Shown here piece after piece: positions 20,290-29,808 of a stretch of DNA of 64,000 nucleotides. Each line of letters begins with the position of its first letter. Within the stretch, counting starts at the first letter, position 1. A program made the translations under genes and the position numbers. The notes beneath the pieces were generated by a model, which saw nothing but the letters and a program-made list of their open reading frames with translations, ran no database searches and had not been told where the DNA came from. The DNA comes from Nitrospirota bacterium (lineage in GTDB: Bacteria; Nitrospirota; UBA9217), in contig CAWJQQ010000009.1 in assembly GCA_963845065.1 (NCBI GenBank), forward strand, positions 1,088,001 through 1,152,000, given 5' to 3'.

Positions 20290-20754
20290 ATGAATAAAGT
20301 ATTGAACGCAGTAATACTTTTTATCGCCGAGGGTGCTTATTCCGGAAAGTCGCCCTTTGCGCCGGGTACGGCGGGCACGATCGTCGGCGTGCTGCTCTAT
20401 TGGGGATTAAAGAATGTCAGTCCCTACCATTATATTGCCCTGACCTGTCTGCTTTGCATTGTGGGGACATGGGCCGCTGGTCGTGCAGAGGTCTTGCTCG
20501 CCAAACGGGACAGCCCATCAATCGTAATCGATGAGATCGCCGGCTATCTTATTTCCATGTTCATGGTTCCTGGCGGGTGGAGATATATTATTGCTGGTTT
20601 TTTTCTTTTCCGAATGTTTGACGTCTTGAAACCTTGGCCGCTCTATGATTTGCAGAATGTGCACGGTGGAATCGGAGTGATGCTCGACGATATCGGGGCC
20701 GGGGTGTATACGAACATTCTACTTCAGATCGTAATTTATTTTATCAACCGATGA
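20290..20754 (+). CDS. pgpA: Phosphatidylglycerophosphatase A
   Basis: APGTAGT, DSPSIVIDEIAG, FRMFDVLKPWP and GGIGVMLDD motifs. Confidence 0.95.
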   Translation: MNKVLNAVILFIAEGAYSGKSPFAPGTAGTIVGVLLYWGLKNVSPYHYIALTCLLCIVGTWAAGRAEVLLAKRDSPSIVIDEIAGYLISMFMVPGGWRYIIAGFFLFRMFDVLKPWPLYDLQNVHGGIGVMLDDIGAGVYTNILLQIVIYFINR

Positions 20755-21593
20755 CCCAGATAACCGAAGATTCCTTTGAAAAGACTCTCTACAACTTCAT
20801 TCACTCAGAAAAAATAGACTTGGCCAACGTGTCCTTTATCGATCCCTACGGTATGATCGGACTTCTTGAGATTGGCGAACTCTGTATGCTTGAGGACGTA
20901 CGGAAGACTATCATCATGCCACGGTCCGACGAGGTAAACAGCTATCTCGACCGTATGGACTTCTTCACCTTAGCAAAGCGTTATTTTTATTTGGAACACG
21001 TTTCAACTGGCGCCGCGATAAAATATCAACGCAGTTCCAATTCGGATGTTCTACTCGAAATCACGGCTATCGAAAAAGTTAACGATATCCACTATATCGT
21101 AGGGAAGGTACAGGACCGTGCTCAGGCCATACTCGCGACTCATCTGCATTACGATGACCGAGCGATCAACGGATTCATCGTCGCCCTCTCCGAGATCTGC
21201 CAAAACATCATCGAACACAGCGAGAACAAGGGCTTCGTTGGGATTCAGAAATATCGCTATCAGAGCCTAGAAAAGAATATTGTTAAGATTGCGGTCATGG
21301 ATGTGGGGATAGGATTCCGGAAGTCGTTGTCCAACCGGTTTAAGCTGAAGAGCGATTTCGACGCTATTGACAAGGCTTTGCTCCACGGCGCATCGCGATA
21401 TGAAGACGAGGGCAGGGGACATGGCCTCGCTGGAGTACGCAAGTTTGTAACGCAATGGCAAGGCAAACTCTCGATCCGGTCCGGCACAGCTCGTCTTACC
21501 ATCATTCCCCAATGGGCGAGAGGCAGGGACCAAGAGCGGAATCTCACCTTCTTCCCGGGCAGCCAGATAAACATTCTCTTGCCTGAAATGTGA
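20751..21593 (+). CDS. STAS-like + GHKL (HATPase_c) protein without HisKA domain, putative Ser kinase
   Basis: IDLANVSFIDPYG (STAS-like), N-box EICQNIIEH, G1 DVGIG, G2 GRGHGL and G3 PGSQ. Confidence 0.75.
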   Translation: MTQITEDSFEKTLYNFIHSEKIDLANVSFIDPYGMIGLLEIGELCMLEDVRKTIIMPRSDEVNSYLDRMDFFTLAKRYFYLEHVSTGAAIKYQRSSNSDVLLEITAIEKVNDIHYIVGKVQDRAQAILATHLHYDDRAINGFIVALSEICQNIIEHSENKGFVGIQKYRYQSLEKNIVKIAVMDVGIGFRKSLSNRFKLKSDFDAIDKALLHGASRYEDEGRGHGLAGVRKFVTQWQGKLSIRSGTARLTIIPQWARGRDQERNLTFFPGSQINILLPEM

Positions 21594-21673
21594 TCTGGAC
21601 ATCCATACTGAATTCTCTTGTCATTCCCGCACAAACTGGGACACAGTTTTGTCATTCTCATTCAAAAAAAACC

Positions 21674-21721
21674 TTGACAAATATCATGAAATATGGTTCA
21701 ATTGATTCAATTGAATCAATT
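21674..21721 (+). promoter_or_regulatory. Promoter with overlapping perfect 22-bp palindrome (operator candidate)
   Basis: TTGACA 21674-21679, TG-n-TTCAAT at 17-bp spacing, and palindrome AATTGATTCAATTGAATCAATT at 21700-21721. Confidence 0.7.
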
Positions 21722-21722
21722 T

Positions 21723-22283
21723 ATGAGAAAATATGACCTTTATAAAATATTAAAAGAGGAACTCGGTAACAACTCCAAGGACCTCGTCACCAGGCCGTCG
21801 GGTCAGGCGATTCGGGAACGCATCGAGCGGGATCTTGAAAGAGAATCTGACGGTGCGGTCATAAGTCTGGACTTTTCAAAGATCGGCGTGATAGATTACT
21901 CCTGCGCTGACGAGATTGTGGCAAAGCTTGTGTCGAGGCTGATCTCTGGCGAGTATGGGGGTAAGTATATTCTTCTTGAGGGACTGAACGAGAATCAGAG
22001 AGAAAATATAGAGGTTGCTGTCGAACGGAAGGATTTGGCGGTCATGGCCGAGATGAAGGATGGCAGCAGGAGTGTTTTGGGTAATCTCAATAGTTATCTC
22101 AAGGACACGCTTGATTTCATCGTAATGAAGAAAAGAGTCACATCTAAGGAACTTTCTGATGCGAAGAAAATTGAAGCAAATACAAGTGGCACACGCCTTC
22201 TGAACCTTCACAAAAAGCGGCTGGTGAGGCGCGTTGAGGAAGTCCGCGGCGATGGGAAGATATGGGTGTATGAAATCCTTTGA
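21723..22283 (+). CDS. STAS-like (DUF4325-like) domain + winged-helix protein, putative transcription regulator
   Basis: ISLDFSKIGVIDYSCADEIV (STAS, D-x-S) and C-terminal VTSKELSD...TSGTRLLNLHKKRLVRR (wHTH-like). ATG 21723 preferred to 21693. Confidence 0.7.
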   Translation: MRKYDLYKILKEELGNNSKDLVTRPSGQAIRERIERDLERESDGAVISLDFSKIGVIDYSCADEIVAKLVSRLISGEYGGKYILLEGLNENQRENIEVAVERKDLAVMAEMKDGSRSVLGNLNSYLKDTLDFIVMKKRVTSKELSDAKKIEANTSGTRLLNLHKKRLVRRVEEVRGDGKIWVYEIL

Positions 22284-22344
22284 CGTCCTCCCATCACTAA
22301 TCCATGCTGGGTTGCTCGCGATGGACACTAACTGCCAATTTTCG

Positions 22345-22374
22345 TTGACTGCAAATGTATAGCGATGATACAAT
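22345..22374 (+). promoter_or_regulatory. Promoter candidate for cinA-thpR-recA
   Basis: TTGACT-18 bp-TACAAT with extended -10 TG. Confidence 0.5.
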
Positions 22375-22507
22375 AACAATCTGAATTCTATTCGGTGGGC
22401 GATCACAGGGGAAACCCCTGCAAATACGAAAGCTTGTCAGCCATCTCTTCGTGGTTTAGCGACTTCATGGTGGAATTTTGGTTCCGGCTTGTCCGGGTTA
22501 GGGGTTA

Positions 22508-23746
22508 ATGATAATGCGTGCAGAAATTATAGCTACCGGCACCGAACTCTTGACCGGTTCCGTTGATACAAACTCCGTCTTTTTATCCGAAGAACTCATG
22601 CTCGTGGGCCTCGAGACAGCCTTCAAGACCGTCGTGGGTGACGATGAAAAAGATATGGAAGATGCGCTTAAGCGAGCCCTGGAACGGGTAGATGCGGTGA
22701 TCATCACTGGCGGGCTGGGCCCGACGGAAGACGATGTCACCCGCAAAGTGATTGCCAAAATCACAAAAAAGCGTCTCATACTGAATGAAGATGCTCGCAA
22801 GACGATTCACGCTAAACTTGCAGGCAGGGGCAAGGACGTTATCATCGCGAACGAGCGGCAAGCGCTGATACCTGCCGGCACGCGCATTCTCCCCAACCCG
22901 GCTGGAATTGCGCCGGGATTTTATATCAACGAAGAGGGCCCATTTCTGGCCGTGCTACCCGGCGTCCCAAAAGAGATGCGTGCCATGTACAGTGAAGGAC
23001 TCAAACCCGCACTCGTTCAGCGCTTTGGTGGCAGATCGTTCATCAAACGAAGAGTACTGCGTACCTGTGGCGTATCAGAGTCAGCCGTGAACCATTCCAT
23101 CCAGGATATCATGCGGAGTGGTGAATCGACGGTGGGTTTGTCGGTCAAGGAGGCCGGCGTAGATGTCCGTATCATTGCCCACGCAACTAGCAGTGATCAG
23201 GCTCAGGCGCTTGTTGAACGGACTGAAGCAGCCATCCGGGAAAAACTTAACGATGCGATCTTCGGAGTAGACGGTGTAGAACTGGAAGAGGTGGTCGGCG
23301 CGCTCTTGAAGCAGCGCAGGCTCAAACTCGCTGTGGCCGAATCCTGTACAGGTGGACTGGTTGGCGCACGGATTACGAACATCGCTGGAAGCTCCGAATA
23401 TTTCGAGCGTGCGGCAGTCGTGTACAGCAATCGTGCGAAAAACGAGATGCTCGGCGTGCCTCTTGACCTGATCGAGCGCCACGGTGCCGTCAGCAGCGAA
23501 GTAGCTGTGGCCATGGCGCAGGGTATCCAACAGGCCGCACGTACCGACCTGGGGCTTTCGGTTACGGGCATTGCCGGGCCGAACGGCGGGACTGAAAAGA
23601 AACCCGTGGGTCTAACATACATTGCACTGGCATCACCCCAAGGAACTAAAACAGCAGAATACCGGCTAATCGGAAACAGAGAACAGGTCCGCATGAGGGC
23701 TTCGCAGATGGCGCTCGACATGGTAAGGCGGTACCTTATAGGTTAG
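22508..23746 (+). CDS. cinA: Competence/damage-inducible protein CinA (with NMN deamidase domain)
   Basis: GTELLTG...DTNS, TGGLGPTEDD, LPGVPKEM, AVAESCTGG and TGIAGP motifs. Confidence 0.96.
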   Translation: MIMRAEIIATGTELLTGSVDTNSVFLSEELMLVGLETAFKTVVGDDEKDMEDALKRALERVDAVIITGGLGPTEDDVTRKVIAKITKKRLILNEDARKTIHAKLAGRGKDVIIANERQALIPAGTRILPNPAGIAPGFYINEEGPFLAVLPGVPKEMRAMYSEGLKPALVQRFGGRSFIKRRVLRTCGVSESAVNHSIQDIMRSGESTVGLSVKEAGVDVRIIAHATSSDQAQALVERTEAAIREKLNDAIFGVDGVELEEVVGALLKQRRLKLAVAESCTGGLVGARITNIAGSSEYFERAAVVYSNRAKNEMLGVPLDLIERHGAVSSEVAVAMAQGIQQAARTDLGLSVTGIAGPNGGTEKKPVGLTYIALASPQGTKTAEYRLIGNREQVRMRASQMALDMVRRYLIG

Positions 23747-23761
23747 GAAGCAGTAGCCAGG

Positions 23762-24322
23762 ATGAGGATATTCATCGCCATAGAGATTCCTGACGAGATC
23801 AAGGCAATACTGACTGAAGCTCAGCAAAGCCTTAAGGGCTCAGGTGTAGTGGATGCGAGTTGGCCCCGGCCTGAAGGCATCCATCTGACGCTCAAATTTC
23901 TTGGCGAGGTGTCGGAGTCAAAGGTTCCGGATATTATAGATGGACTGCGACACGCCGCAGAAGGAACCGGGCCATTCCGGCTTGAAGTCAGCGGTATTGG
24001 GACGTTTCCGAACCCCAAGAATCCACGCGTGGTCTGGGTTGGACTTTCTGGGGATGTTGAGAAACTCTCTCTTCTTCAGACAGCTGTCGAAGATGCTTTA
24101 AACAGTATCGGCTTCGAACGTGAGGAGCGGGTATTTACGCCGCACCTCACGCTCGGCAGGATCAAGTATATCCGGTCTCGTGATAGGTGGCTCAAAGCGC
24201 TTGCTGAAACCAAGAATATCCGTTTATCCGGGTTCGACGTTGCAGCAGTAAGCCTTATAAAAAGCGATCTCAAGCCAACGGGGGCGGTATACACGGAGAT
24301 CGGCAGGATAGAATTAAGTTAA
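23762..24322 (+). CDS. thpR: RNA 2',3'-cyclic phosphodiesterase (2H family)
   Basis: Two HxT motifs, HLTLKFLG and PHLTLGR. Confidence 0.93.
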   Translation: MRIFIAIEIPDEIKAILTEAQQSLKGSGVVDASWPRPEGIHLTLKFLGEVSESKVPDIIDGLRHAAEGTGPFRLEVSGIGTFPNPKNPRVVWVGLSGDVEKLSLLQTAVEDALNSIGFEREERVFTPHLTLGRIKYIRSRDRWLKALAETKNIRLSGFDVAAVSLIKSDLKPTGAVYTEIGRIELS

Positions 24323-24386
24323 GTACAAAAGTGTAACGTTCATCAAAATTTAAAATACTGGACAGCCGCGCGGCGGCGAAAGGAGA

Positions 24387-25520
24387 ATGGGAATGGCGGA
24401 TAAGGATAAATTAAAGGCATTAGAGCTGGCGGTTGGCCAGATCGAAAAACAGTTCGGCAAGGGTTCGATCATGCGTTTGGGCAAGGAGGAAGTTCCCGCA
24501 GGTATTCCCGCAATATCTACCGGATCGCTAGGCTTGGACATCGCTCTCGGCGTGGGCGGCGTGCCGCGGGGGAGAATTATTGAGATTTACGGTCCGGAGT
24601 CTTCGGGTAAGACCACGCTGGCGCTCCATATGATCGCTGAGGCGCAGAAGGCCGGAGGCCAGGCGGCCTTTATCGATGCGGAGCATGCCCTTGATATCAC
24701 CTATGCGCGTAAGCTGGGTGTGCGCACCGACGACCTTCTCATCTCCCAGCCCGATACGGGCGAGCAGGCACTAGAAATTACCGAGACCCTAGTGCGAAGC
24801 GGCGCCATCGATGTGATTATTGTGGACTCCGTTGCAGCGCTCACGCCACGTGCCGAGATTGAAGGCGAGATGGGCGACGCACATATGGGGCTTCAGGCTC
24901 GGCTCATGAGCCAGGCGCTCAGAAAGCTGACCGGCGCGATCAGCAAGTCTAACACTACACTTATCTTTATCAACCAGATCCGTATGAAGATCGGCGTGAT
25001 GTTCGGGAACCCTGAAACCACGACGGGTGGCAATGCACTCAAATTTTACGCTTCGGTCCGGCTCGACATCCGCAAACTCTCGGCGATCAAGGAAGGCGAG
25101 GAAGTGACCGGCGGAAGAGTGAAGGTTAAAGTTGTGAAGAATAAGATAGCGCCGCCGTTTCGGGCAGCTGAATTCGATATCATGTTTAACGAAGGCATAT
25201 CCAAGATCGGCGAGATCATCGACATCGGTGCGGAGAAGAATATCATCGAGAAGAGCGGTGCATGGTTTTCGTACAGCGGAACGAGGATCGGACAGGGGCG
25301 TGAGAATGTAAAACAGTTCCTTCACGATCACGCGGACATGGCCCAGGAGATCGAGGCGAAGGTACGGCATGCTGCGGGACTCCCAGGTGCCAGTGTGCCT
25401 GACGCGTCAGCTGCCGCAGCACCGGTAAAGGAAGCAACGCCAAAGGAAAAAGAGAGCACTTTGGAAAAAGGTGGAAAAACAGCAAAAGGGCTTAAGTCCG
25501 AAAAACACGCGGAGGCATAA
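24387..25520 (+). CDS. recA: Recombinase RecA
   Basis: [29 protein letters not shown] and [10 protein letters not shown] motifs. Confidence 0.99.
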   Translation: MGMADKDKLKALELAVGQIEKQFGKGSIMRLGKEEVPAGIPAISTGSLGLDIALGVGGVPRGRIIEIYGPESSGKTTLALHMIAEAQKAGGQAAFIDAEHALDITYARKLGVRTDDLLISQPDTGEQALEITETLVRSGAIDVIIVDSVAALTPRAEIEGEMGDAHMGLQARLMSQALRKLTGAISKSNTTLIFINQIRMKIGVMFGNPETTTGGNALKFYASVRLDIRKLSAIKEGEEVTGGRVKVKVVKNKIAPPFRAAEFDIMFNEGISKIGEIIDIGAEKNIIEKSGAWFSYSGTRIGQGRENVKQFLHDHADMAQEIEAKVRHAAGLPGASVPDASAAAAPVKEATPKEKESTLEKGGKTAKGLKSEKHAEA

Positions 25521-26693
25521 ATGAATCTGAATGATCTGCTCAAAGCGACTTTTGAAAAACGTGCGTCTGACCTGCATTTGAAGGTCGGTGTTCCCCCCAT
25601 TCTTCGGATAGACGGAAGGCTCGTTCCGCTCGATACTGAAAAGCGGACGACGCAGGAAGATGCGTTGACCATCGCGCTCAGCATCATGAACCCTGCCCAG
25701 AAAATCAAATTCAAGGAAAAGAACGAGCTCGACATGGCTTATGCCGTACCGGGGCTCGGCCGGTTCCGGGTGAATGTATTCCAGCAACGCGGTAGTGTGG
25801 GCATGGTGTTTCGACTGGTCCCCGGCAAGATCCTGACATTCGAGGACCTCATGCTCCCGACGGTGCTGCAGAAGATAGCGAATGAGCAGCGCGGCCTCAT
25901 TCTCGTGACGGGTACGACGGGAAGCGGTAAATCAACAACCCTTGCGGCAATGATCGATTATATCAATACCACCCGTACAGCTAACATCATCACGATCGAA
26001 GACCCGATCGAATTCCTCCATAGAGATAAAAAGAGCATTGTGAACCAGCGAGAGATCGGCTCGGATACGTTTAGCTTCAGTGATGCACTCAGGAGCTCCT
26101 TGCGCCAAGACCCCGATGTGATCCTCGTGGGCGAAATGCGCGATTTCGAGACTATTTCGACGGCCCTGACTGCAGCCGAGACTGGACACCTGGTGCTCTC
26201 AACACTTCATACTCTGGATGCAGCTGAAACCATCAATCGGATCATTACTGTGTTTCCGCCGTACCAGCAAAAGCAGGTCCGGATGCAGCTTGCTTCGGTG
26301 ATCAAGGGAATTATCTCACAACGGCTCGTTGCCAAGGCAGACGGAAGCGGACGCGTACCGGCTGCGGAAGTCCTTCTGGGTACATTATCGGTACGCGAGG
26401 CAATCATCGATGACGCCAAGACGCGCCAGATCCCGTCTATCGTTGCGCAAGGACTCACGCATTATGGCATGCAGACCTTTGACCAATCGCTCCTCATGCT
26501 CTACAAAAAAGGATATATTACCTATGATGAGGCCTTGTTGACTGCGACCAATCCTGACGACTTCGCCCTCAAGGTCAAGGGGATCCAATCCACAAGTGAT
26601 ATGGCAACGGAAGAGGATGAGATGCGGAAAAGCGGTATGAAACCGAGAGGTGGCGGTATGGACTTCAAGATAGACCGGTTCGGGGACAAATAA
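25521..26693 (+). CDS. pilT: Type IV pilus retraction ATPase PilT/PilU family
   Basis: ASDLHL, GTTGSGKSTT, TIEDPIE, LRQDPDVILVGEMRD and GMQTFDQ motifs. Confidence 0.93.
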   Translation: MNLNDLLKATFEKRASDLHLKVGVPPILRIDGRLVPLDTEKRTTQEDALTIALSIMNPAQKIKFKEKNELDMAYAVPGLGRFRVNVFQQRGSVGMVFRLVPGKILTFEDLMLPTVLQKIANEQRGLILVTGTTGSGKSTTLAAMIDYINTTRTANIITIEDPIEFLHRDKKSIVNQREIGSDTFSFSDALRSSLRQDPDVILVGEMRDFETISTALTAAETGHLVLSTLHTLDAAETINRIITVFPPYQQKQVRMQLASVIKGIISQRLVAKADGSGRVPAAEVLLGTLSVREAIIDDAKTRQIPSIVAQGLTHYGMQTFDQSLLMLYKKGYITYDEALLTATNPDDFALKVKGIQSTSDMATEEDEMRKSGMKPRGGGMDFKIDRFGDK

Positions 26694-26791
26694 ATGTAGT
26701 TGAAACAGCAACACGTTGGAAACATTAGCAACTTGCGCCAGTTCGAAATCATCCGTCGTTTCGTTAATTTTGTCCATGTAAGGAGTAAGAC

Positions 26792-29428
26792 TTGAAAGCA
26801 AACGATTTACGAAATATGTTCCTGAACTATTTTGCAGAACGCGGGCACAAGATCGTGCCCAGTTCGTCACTTGTGCCTAAGAATGACCCAACGCTGTTAT
26901 TTACGAATGCGGGCATGGTGCAGTTCAAGGGTGTGTTTCTCGGTGAAGACATTCGCGATTACAACCGGGCTGTAACCTCCCAGAAGTGCGTTCGGGCTGG
27001 CGGCAAGCACAACGATCTTGAAAATGTCGGTCATACGGCTCGCCACCACACATTTTTCGAGATGCTCGGCAATTTCTCCTTCGGCGACTACTTTAAAAAG
27101 GACGCCATTGCTTTTGCCTGGGAATTTCTGACGACGGTTGTGAATCTCCCAAAAGAAAAACTATGGGTTACGATTTATAAAGATGACGATGAGGCATTCA
27201 AGCTCTGGCAGGACATTGCCAAGGTCCCAGTAGACCGTATAGTGCGGCTCGGCGAGAAGGACAATTTCTGGTCTATGGGAGATACAGGCCCCTGCGGCCC
27301 GTGTTCAGAGATCATTATTGACCAGGGGGAGGAGATATCCTGTGGTAAACCTGACTGTGCGGTTGGGTGTGACTGCGACCGGTATCTCGAAATCTGGAAT
27401 CTGGTCTTTATGCAATTTAACCGTGACGAGACCGGTAAACTCACGCCGCTCCCCAAACCCTCCATCGATACTGGTATGGGATTGGAGCGCCTGTCTTCCG
27501 TGGTCCAGAAAGTAAGGACTAACTTTGAAACTGACTTGTTTAAGTCAATCATCAAACAGATCGCTACCTTGGCAGGCGTTCCCTATCACAAAGATAAACA
27601 GGCAGACATCTCCTACCAGGTAATCGCAGACCATTTGAGGGCCATGACATTCCTGATTTCCGACGGCGTACTGCCCTCGAACGAGGGGAGGGGATATGTG
27701 CTCCGTAGGATTATCCGACGTGCGAGCCGTTACGCGAGACTCATTGGAATTAGTAAGCCTATTCTGTTTAAACTTACCGGCGCTGTTGTGGACGAGATGC
27801 GAGAAGCCTACCCAGAGTTGGTTGACAGTCGCGAGCACGTGGCAAAGGTTGTCCTCCTTGAAGAAGAGCGGTTTGCCACAACCCTTGAGTCCGGCTTAGC
27901 GATTCTGAATGAGACTGCAGAAAAGCTCAAGGCTACGGATGCAAAAACTATACCTGGTGATGTTCTTTTCAAATTGTACGATACCTTTGGGTTTCCACTG
28001 GATCTTGTTGCCGATATGGCCCGCGACATGCACCTTCAACTTGATGAGGCTGGATACCATCGTGCCATGCAAGAGCAACGGGAAAAGGCCCGAGCAGCAT
28101 GGGCAGGCTCGGGGGAACAAAAAATCAAACTTATTTATAAGGAAATATCCGCCATAGTCACGAAACAGGTGTTTACAGGCTACGACACTCTTGAAGGGAC
28201 CGGGTCTATCCTTGCAATCATTAAGGGAGATAGCAAAGTTGCTATGGCACACGAAGGCGAAGATATCGAGATTGTTCTCGACATGACGCCTTTTTACGCT
28301 GCCTCAGGCGGACAGGTTGGTGATAAAGGCGAGCTGTTAGGCGAAGCTGCCAAGTTTCAAGTATCGGACACGGTCAAACCTATAGAAAATCTCATCGTGC
28401 ACAAAGGCAAGGTAAAGAAGGGAGTGTTCAAGACCGGAGACGCTGTGCTTGCGAAAGTGGAGGCTGAGGACCGTGGGGACACTGCCCGTCATCATACGGT
28501 TACCCATATCCTGCATGCTACACTCCGGTCCGTCCTGGGTGAACACGTGAAACAGGCGGGTTCGCTCGTGGCTCCTGATAGACTGCGTTTCGATTTTACA
28601 CATTATACGGCGCTCACGGATCGGGAGCGGGAGCGGATCGAGGATATCGTGAACGAACGCATCATCGAGAACCATCCCGTGGAAACCGTAGTAATGGATA
28701 TAGACCAGGCTGTAGCCTCGGGAGCGATGGCGCTCTTCGATGAAAAATACGGAGACAAGGTGCGGGTGGTAACAGTCAAAGAGGTAAGCAAGGAACTGTG
28801 CGGTGGGACACATACGAGGGCCAGTGGAGACATCGGTTCGTTTAAAATCATTTCAGAGGCCGGGGTCGCCGCGGGTGTCCGCAGGATTGAGGCTGTGGCG
28901 GGCAGACGTGCATACCGGACGTTCAAGCGCGAGGAACAGAACCTCCTCGACATTGCACAGCTGCTCAAGACAACCGAACTCGACGTGGTCCCTCGCGTTG
29001 AAAAACTCGTGGCTCAGGTCAGGAGCTTGGAAAAAGAACTCGATAAGTTCAAACACAAATTCCAATCGTCACAAACCGGCGATGTGTTAGCGGAAGCGAG
29101 AGAGATTAACGGTGTAAAAGTCCTTGTTAAACGCATGGACAACATGGAACAAAAGGATTTGAGGGATTTTGGGGATAAACTTCGGGACAAACTTGGTACT
29201 GGCATTCTGGCGCTGGGGTCGGCAAAAAACGAGAAAGTGAGTCTTATTGTAATGGTGTCCAATGACCTGACCTACCGGTTTCACGCAGGCCAAATCATTA
29301 AAGAAATGGCTCTCATTCTAGGAGGCACCGGCGGAGGCAAGCCCGATATGGCCCAGTCCGGCGGAAAAGATCCCAGAAAACTGGATACCGCGCTTGACGC
29401 GTTGTATGGTATAATTAAAAAGAATTAA
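26792..29428 (+). CDS. alaS: Alanine--tRNA ligase
   Basis: LLFTNAGM, RHHTFFEMLGNFSFGDYFK, DTGMGLER and editing motifs HxxxH / CGGTH. TTG start after AAGGAG. Confidence 0.99.
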   Translation: MKANDLRNMFLNYFAERGHKIVPSSSLVPKNDPTLLFTNAGMVQFKGVFLGEDIRDYNRAVTSQKCVRAGGKHNDLENVGHTARHHTFFEMLGNFSFGDYFKKDAIAFAWEFLTTVVNLPKEKLWVTIYKDDDEAFKLWQDIAKVPVDRIVRLGEKDNFWSMGDTGPCGPCSEIIIDQGEEISCGKPDCAVGCDCDRYLEIWNLVFMQFNRDETGKLTPLPKPSIDTGMGLERLSSVVQKVRTNFETDLFKSIIKQIATLAGVPYHKDKQADISYQVIADHLRAMTFLISDGVLPSNEGRGYVLRRIIRRASRYARLIGISKPILFKLTGAVVDEMREAYPELVDSREHVAKVVLLEEERFATTLESGLAILNETAEKLKATDAKTIPGDVLFKLYDTFGFPLDLVADMARDMHLQLDEAGYHRAMQEQREKARAAWAGSGEQKIKLIYKEISAIVTKQVFTGYDTLEGTGSILAIIKGDSKVAMAHEGEDIEIVLDMTPFYAASGGQVGDKGELLGEAAKFQVSDTVKPIENLIVHKGKVKKGVFKTGDAVLAKVEAEDRGDTARHHTVTHILHATLRSVLGEHVKQAGSLVAPDRLRFDFTHYTALTDRERERIEDIVNERIIENHPVETVVMDIDQAVASGAMALFDEKYGDKVRVVTVKEVSKELCGGTHTRASGDIGSFKIISEAGVAAGVRRIEAVAGRRAYRTFKREEQNLLDIAQLLKTTELDVVPRVEKLVAQVRSLEKELDKFKHKFQSSQTGDVLAEAREINGVKVLVKRMDNMEQKDLRDFGDKLRDKLGTGILALGSAKNEKVSLIVMVSNDLTYRFHAGQIIKEMALILGGTGGGKPDMAQSGGKDPRKLDTALDALYGIIKKN

Positions 29429-29466
29429 GGAGAAACGGCAGACATAATCCATAAAGGAGGCTAACA

Positions 29467-29787
29467 ATGACGGTTGCAGAGGTCATCAAGAAGGCTATGC
29501 TGGCAGGATTGGGCGCGCAAGAGAAAGCCAAGGAGTTTGTCGGAGAGTTGGTCAAGGCAGGGGAGCTTTCAAAGAACGAGGGCGCTACGCTAGTTAAGGA
29601 ATGGGTCTCCAAAGCTGAGGAGAGCACCAAAGACATGGATCACAAGCTTAAAGATGCAATTTCTGCCGCCTTTGAAAAGTTCAATATCCCATCACGTGAT
29701 GATGTGGCGAGCTTGGAGAAAAAAATCCAGGGTCTGTCTGCGCGGCTCTCGAAACTTGAGGGGGGCGATGGAAAGGGTGGGGACTAA
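29467..29787 (+). CDS. Phasin-like protein
   Basis: KKAMLAGLGA...ELVKAGELS...IPSRDDV pattern, typically found upstream of ubiB-like kinases. Confidence 0.75.
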   Translation: MTVAEVIKKAMLAGLGAQEKAKEFVGELVKAGELSKNEGATLVKEWVSKAEESTKDMDHKLKDAISAAFEKFNIPSRDDVASLEKKIQGLSARLSKLEGGDGKGGD

Positions 29788-29808
29788 GCTCCCGTCCCTG
29801 CGGCACTA

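Noticed and set aside
22440..22502. TTTTGGTTCCGGCTTGTCCGGGTTAGG resembling a mobile-element terminus before cinA
   Set aside because: No partner inverted repeat or target duplication was found in the window.
26694..26791. recX expected between pilT and alaS
   Set aside because: Only 98 bp with no recX-like frame. Its absence alone is unremarkable.
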